A DNA stretch of 64,000 nucleotides from Vicugna vicugna (lineage: Eukaryota), in assembly GCA_013265495.1 (NCBI GenBank), contig MU058781.1:8351009-8415008 (forward strand), written 5' to 3'. Shown in pieces: positions 62,346 to 64,000 of the stretch. Every line of letters begins with the position of its first letter. Within the stretch, counting starts at the first letter, position 1. The notes beneath the pieces were generated by a model, which did no database searches, was not told the origin of the DNA, and saw only the letters and a list, made by a program, of their open reading frames with translations. The position numbers and the translations under genes were made by a program.

Positions 62346-62447
62346 AGGGTGGGGATAGCTCAGTGGTAGGGCACATACTTAGCATGCACGAGGTCCTGGG
62401 TTCAATCCCCAGTACCTTCATTTGAAAAGAGAAGGAAAAAGAAAAAA
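62346..62447 (+). mobile_element. tRNA-Ala-derived SINE (Vic-1-like)
   Basis: atagctcagtggtagggcacatacttagcatgcacgaggtcctgggttcaatccccagtacc; TSD aaaacctgagttt / aaaaccagagtct. Confidence 0.9.
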
Positions 62448-62555
62448 CCAGAGTCTGATCGAGACAGAGGATCCAGCTGCAAACCTGCAGGTAATGGAGA
62501 AGACAGAAAGAATGGAGCAAACGACACCATCCGTGTGCGACCTGCCGAATTTAGG

Positions 62556-62990
62556 CTGTCAGGTTAAATGGCCCAGGTTCCTGGAATGGGTTTTCAGATG
62601 ACTACAAACTGGGTGGCTTAAAACAACAGTTTCTTCTCTCACAGTTTTGGAGGCCAGAAGTTTCCAATCAGGGTGTCAACCAGGTTGATTCCTTCTGCAG
62701 GCTCCCGAGGGAGAATCTGTTCGTGCCTCTCGGCCTATGGTTTGTAGACACATCACTTCATTCTCTGCCTCTGTTTTCACACAATCTCCTCTCCTCTGGG
62801 TTTCTCCTCTCCTTTTCTTTTATAAAATGATCCACATTGGATTTAGGACCCACCCTAATCCAGGATAATCTCATCTTGAAATCCTTACCTTCATTATTCT
62901 GAAAAGACCATTTTTCTAAGTAAGGTCAAATTCACAGGTTCCAGTGGATAGGTCTCTTTTGAGAGGGACCAACCATTCAACTTACTACAT
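62556..62990 (-). mobile_element. MLT1B/C-like MaLR LTR
   Basis: acaaactgggtggcttaaaacaacag...ctcacagttttggaggccagaag...ccaccctaatccaggataatctcatc...ccattcaacttactaca. Confidence 0.85.
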
Positions 62991-62999
62991 TCTTCAAGA

Positions 63000-63345
63000 T
63001 AAATTGTAAGGTAAATAAAGGGATAGATCAGGAATCATATATTAAAAGAGATTTAAAAGACTTTTTTTTTAATGGGCAAGACTAAACTATAGTTTCTGGA
63101 CTATATTTGGCTTTTTTAAAACATGAAGAAGTGAAGACTAAAAATATTAGGCTAACAGTACTTTTGGTGGGAGGGAAGGGGTTGTGATCAGGATTAAGGC
63201 ATGTGAAAGGGACTTCAGGGATACAGGTCAAGTTCTACTTCTTGACCTGGGTTGTGGCTACAGGAGTGTTCGTCCTGTGGTAATTCATTAACCCATGGTT
63301 AGTTTTGTTTAGTTTTCTATGTCTGTATTTTTGGTTTCCATAAAA
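63000..63345 (+). mobile_element. Old L1MC/ME-like 3' end
   Basis: ggcaagactaaactatag...gttctacttcttgacctgggttgtggctacagg...taattcattaa. Confidence 0.7.
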
Positions 63346-63618
63346 ATCTGTTTCAAAACAGCAAGGAAACACACACCTTTGAGATAATACCCTTCTTTCC
63401 ATCCAGCATATTTTGTCTGAATCACATTACTTGTTAACTGAGCAGGAAGAGCTTTAGCAGAAAAGGCAATCTGCAATCACGGTATAGTCTAAAGTTACAC
63501 TAACAATGGTAACATTAGTTGCTCAAAAGATTCTACATACAAGGGAGTTTTCTATGTCATCGTTGCCTAAGAAGCCAGTTTATAGGTTAGAGATTTCCAG
63601 GTCATAGATGCCTGTGTG

Positions 63619-63720
63619 GCAGTGTTTCCCAAAGTGTATTCTGTGGACCACCTGCATCACAATTATCCTGCTTATAATGCAGATTCCTGGACTCCAACCA
63701 GAGATTCAGCTACAGTAGAT
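63619..63720. mobile_element. MER5A fragment
   Basis: cagtgtttcccaaagtg...ggaccacctgcatca...aatgcagattcctgg. Confidence 0.7.
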
Positions 63721-63812
63721 TGATGCTCTATGCCGGAAGTTTATCCTAGATTTATTTAAAAACACAAAAGCTCTATCTAAAGAGTACCTTCCTGGTCTAG
63801 TCAAAGAATTGA

Positions 63813-63874
63813 TGACAAGAAACCCTACACTGGTATCTCAACCTGACAAGAAACTCTACACTGGTATCTAAACC
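63813..63874 (+). repeat. 2 x 31-bp tandem duplication
   Basis: tgacaagaaaccctacactggtatctcaacc / tgacaagaaactctacactggtatctaaacc (2 mismatches). Confidence 0.9.
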
Positions 63875-64000
63875 ACTATCTATAAATAACTATAATGGTC
63901 AAATTTTCCAGGATGAGCACCTAGAAATTGTTATTAGTGTTTGATGTGGTAATGGCTTAAGGACATGCTCCTCTTTCTTCCCAACCAGGAAGATAAAATA

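Noticed and set aside
270..63345. Repeat strand bias as an indicator of host-gene direction
   Set aside because: L1 and LTR fragments occur on both strands in similar numbers, and four of four SINEs on + is too few to be informative
63813..63874. 31-bp repeat pair as a CRISPR-like array
   Set aside because: Adjacent tandem copies with no spacers or cas genes, in mammalian DNA

Overview
Mammalian non-coding genomic DNA of intermediate GC with strong CpG depletion. It is most likely camelid (alpaca/llama/camel): four tRNA-Ala-derived SINEs resemble the camelid Vic-1 family, and I saw no Alu, Bov-tA/BovB or PRE-1 copies. Much of the window is interspersed repeats: L1 3' ends, L2, MIR, MaLR/ERVL LTRs, one ERV1-class solo LTR with a target-site duplication (TSD), and hAT and Tigger DNA transposons. 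Several repeat-poor stretches look like intronic or intergenic regulatory DNA. I recognise no protein-coding gene, rRNA, genuine tRNA gene or CRISPR array, and the listed ORFs look like chance or repeat-derived frames. I found no convincing new biological system. The best leads are: (1) a canonical-looking 21-nt frame-preserving microexon at 11360-11380 (+); (2) an unexplained gap-free, ~72% identical 137-bp direct repeat pair at 55477 and 57126; (3) small CpG-retaining, promoter-like islands at ~17.4, ~26.6 and ~43.4 kb; (4) several nested transposon insertions. Repeat subfamily names come from memory of consensus sequences, and boundaries of old repeats are approximate.
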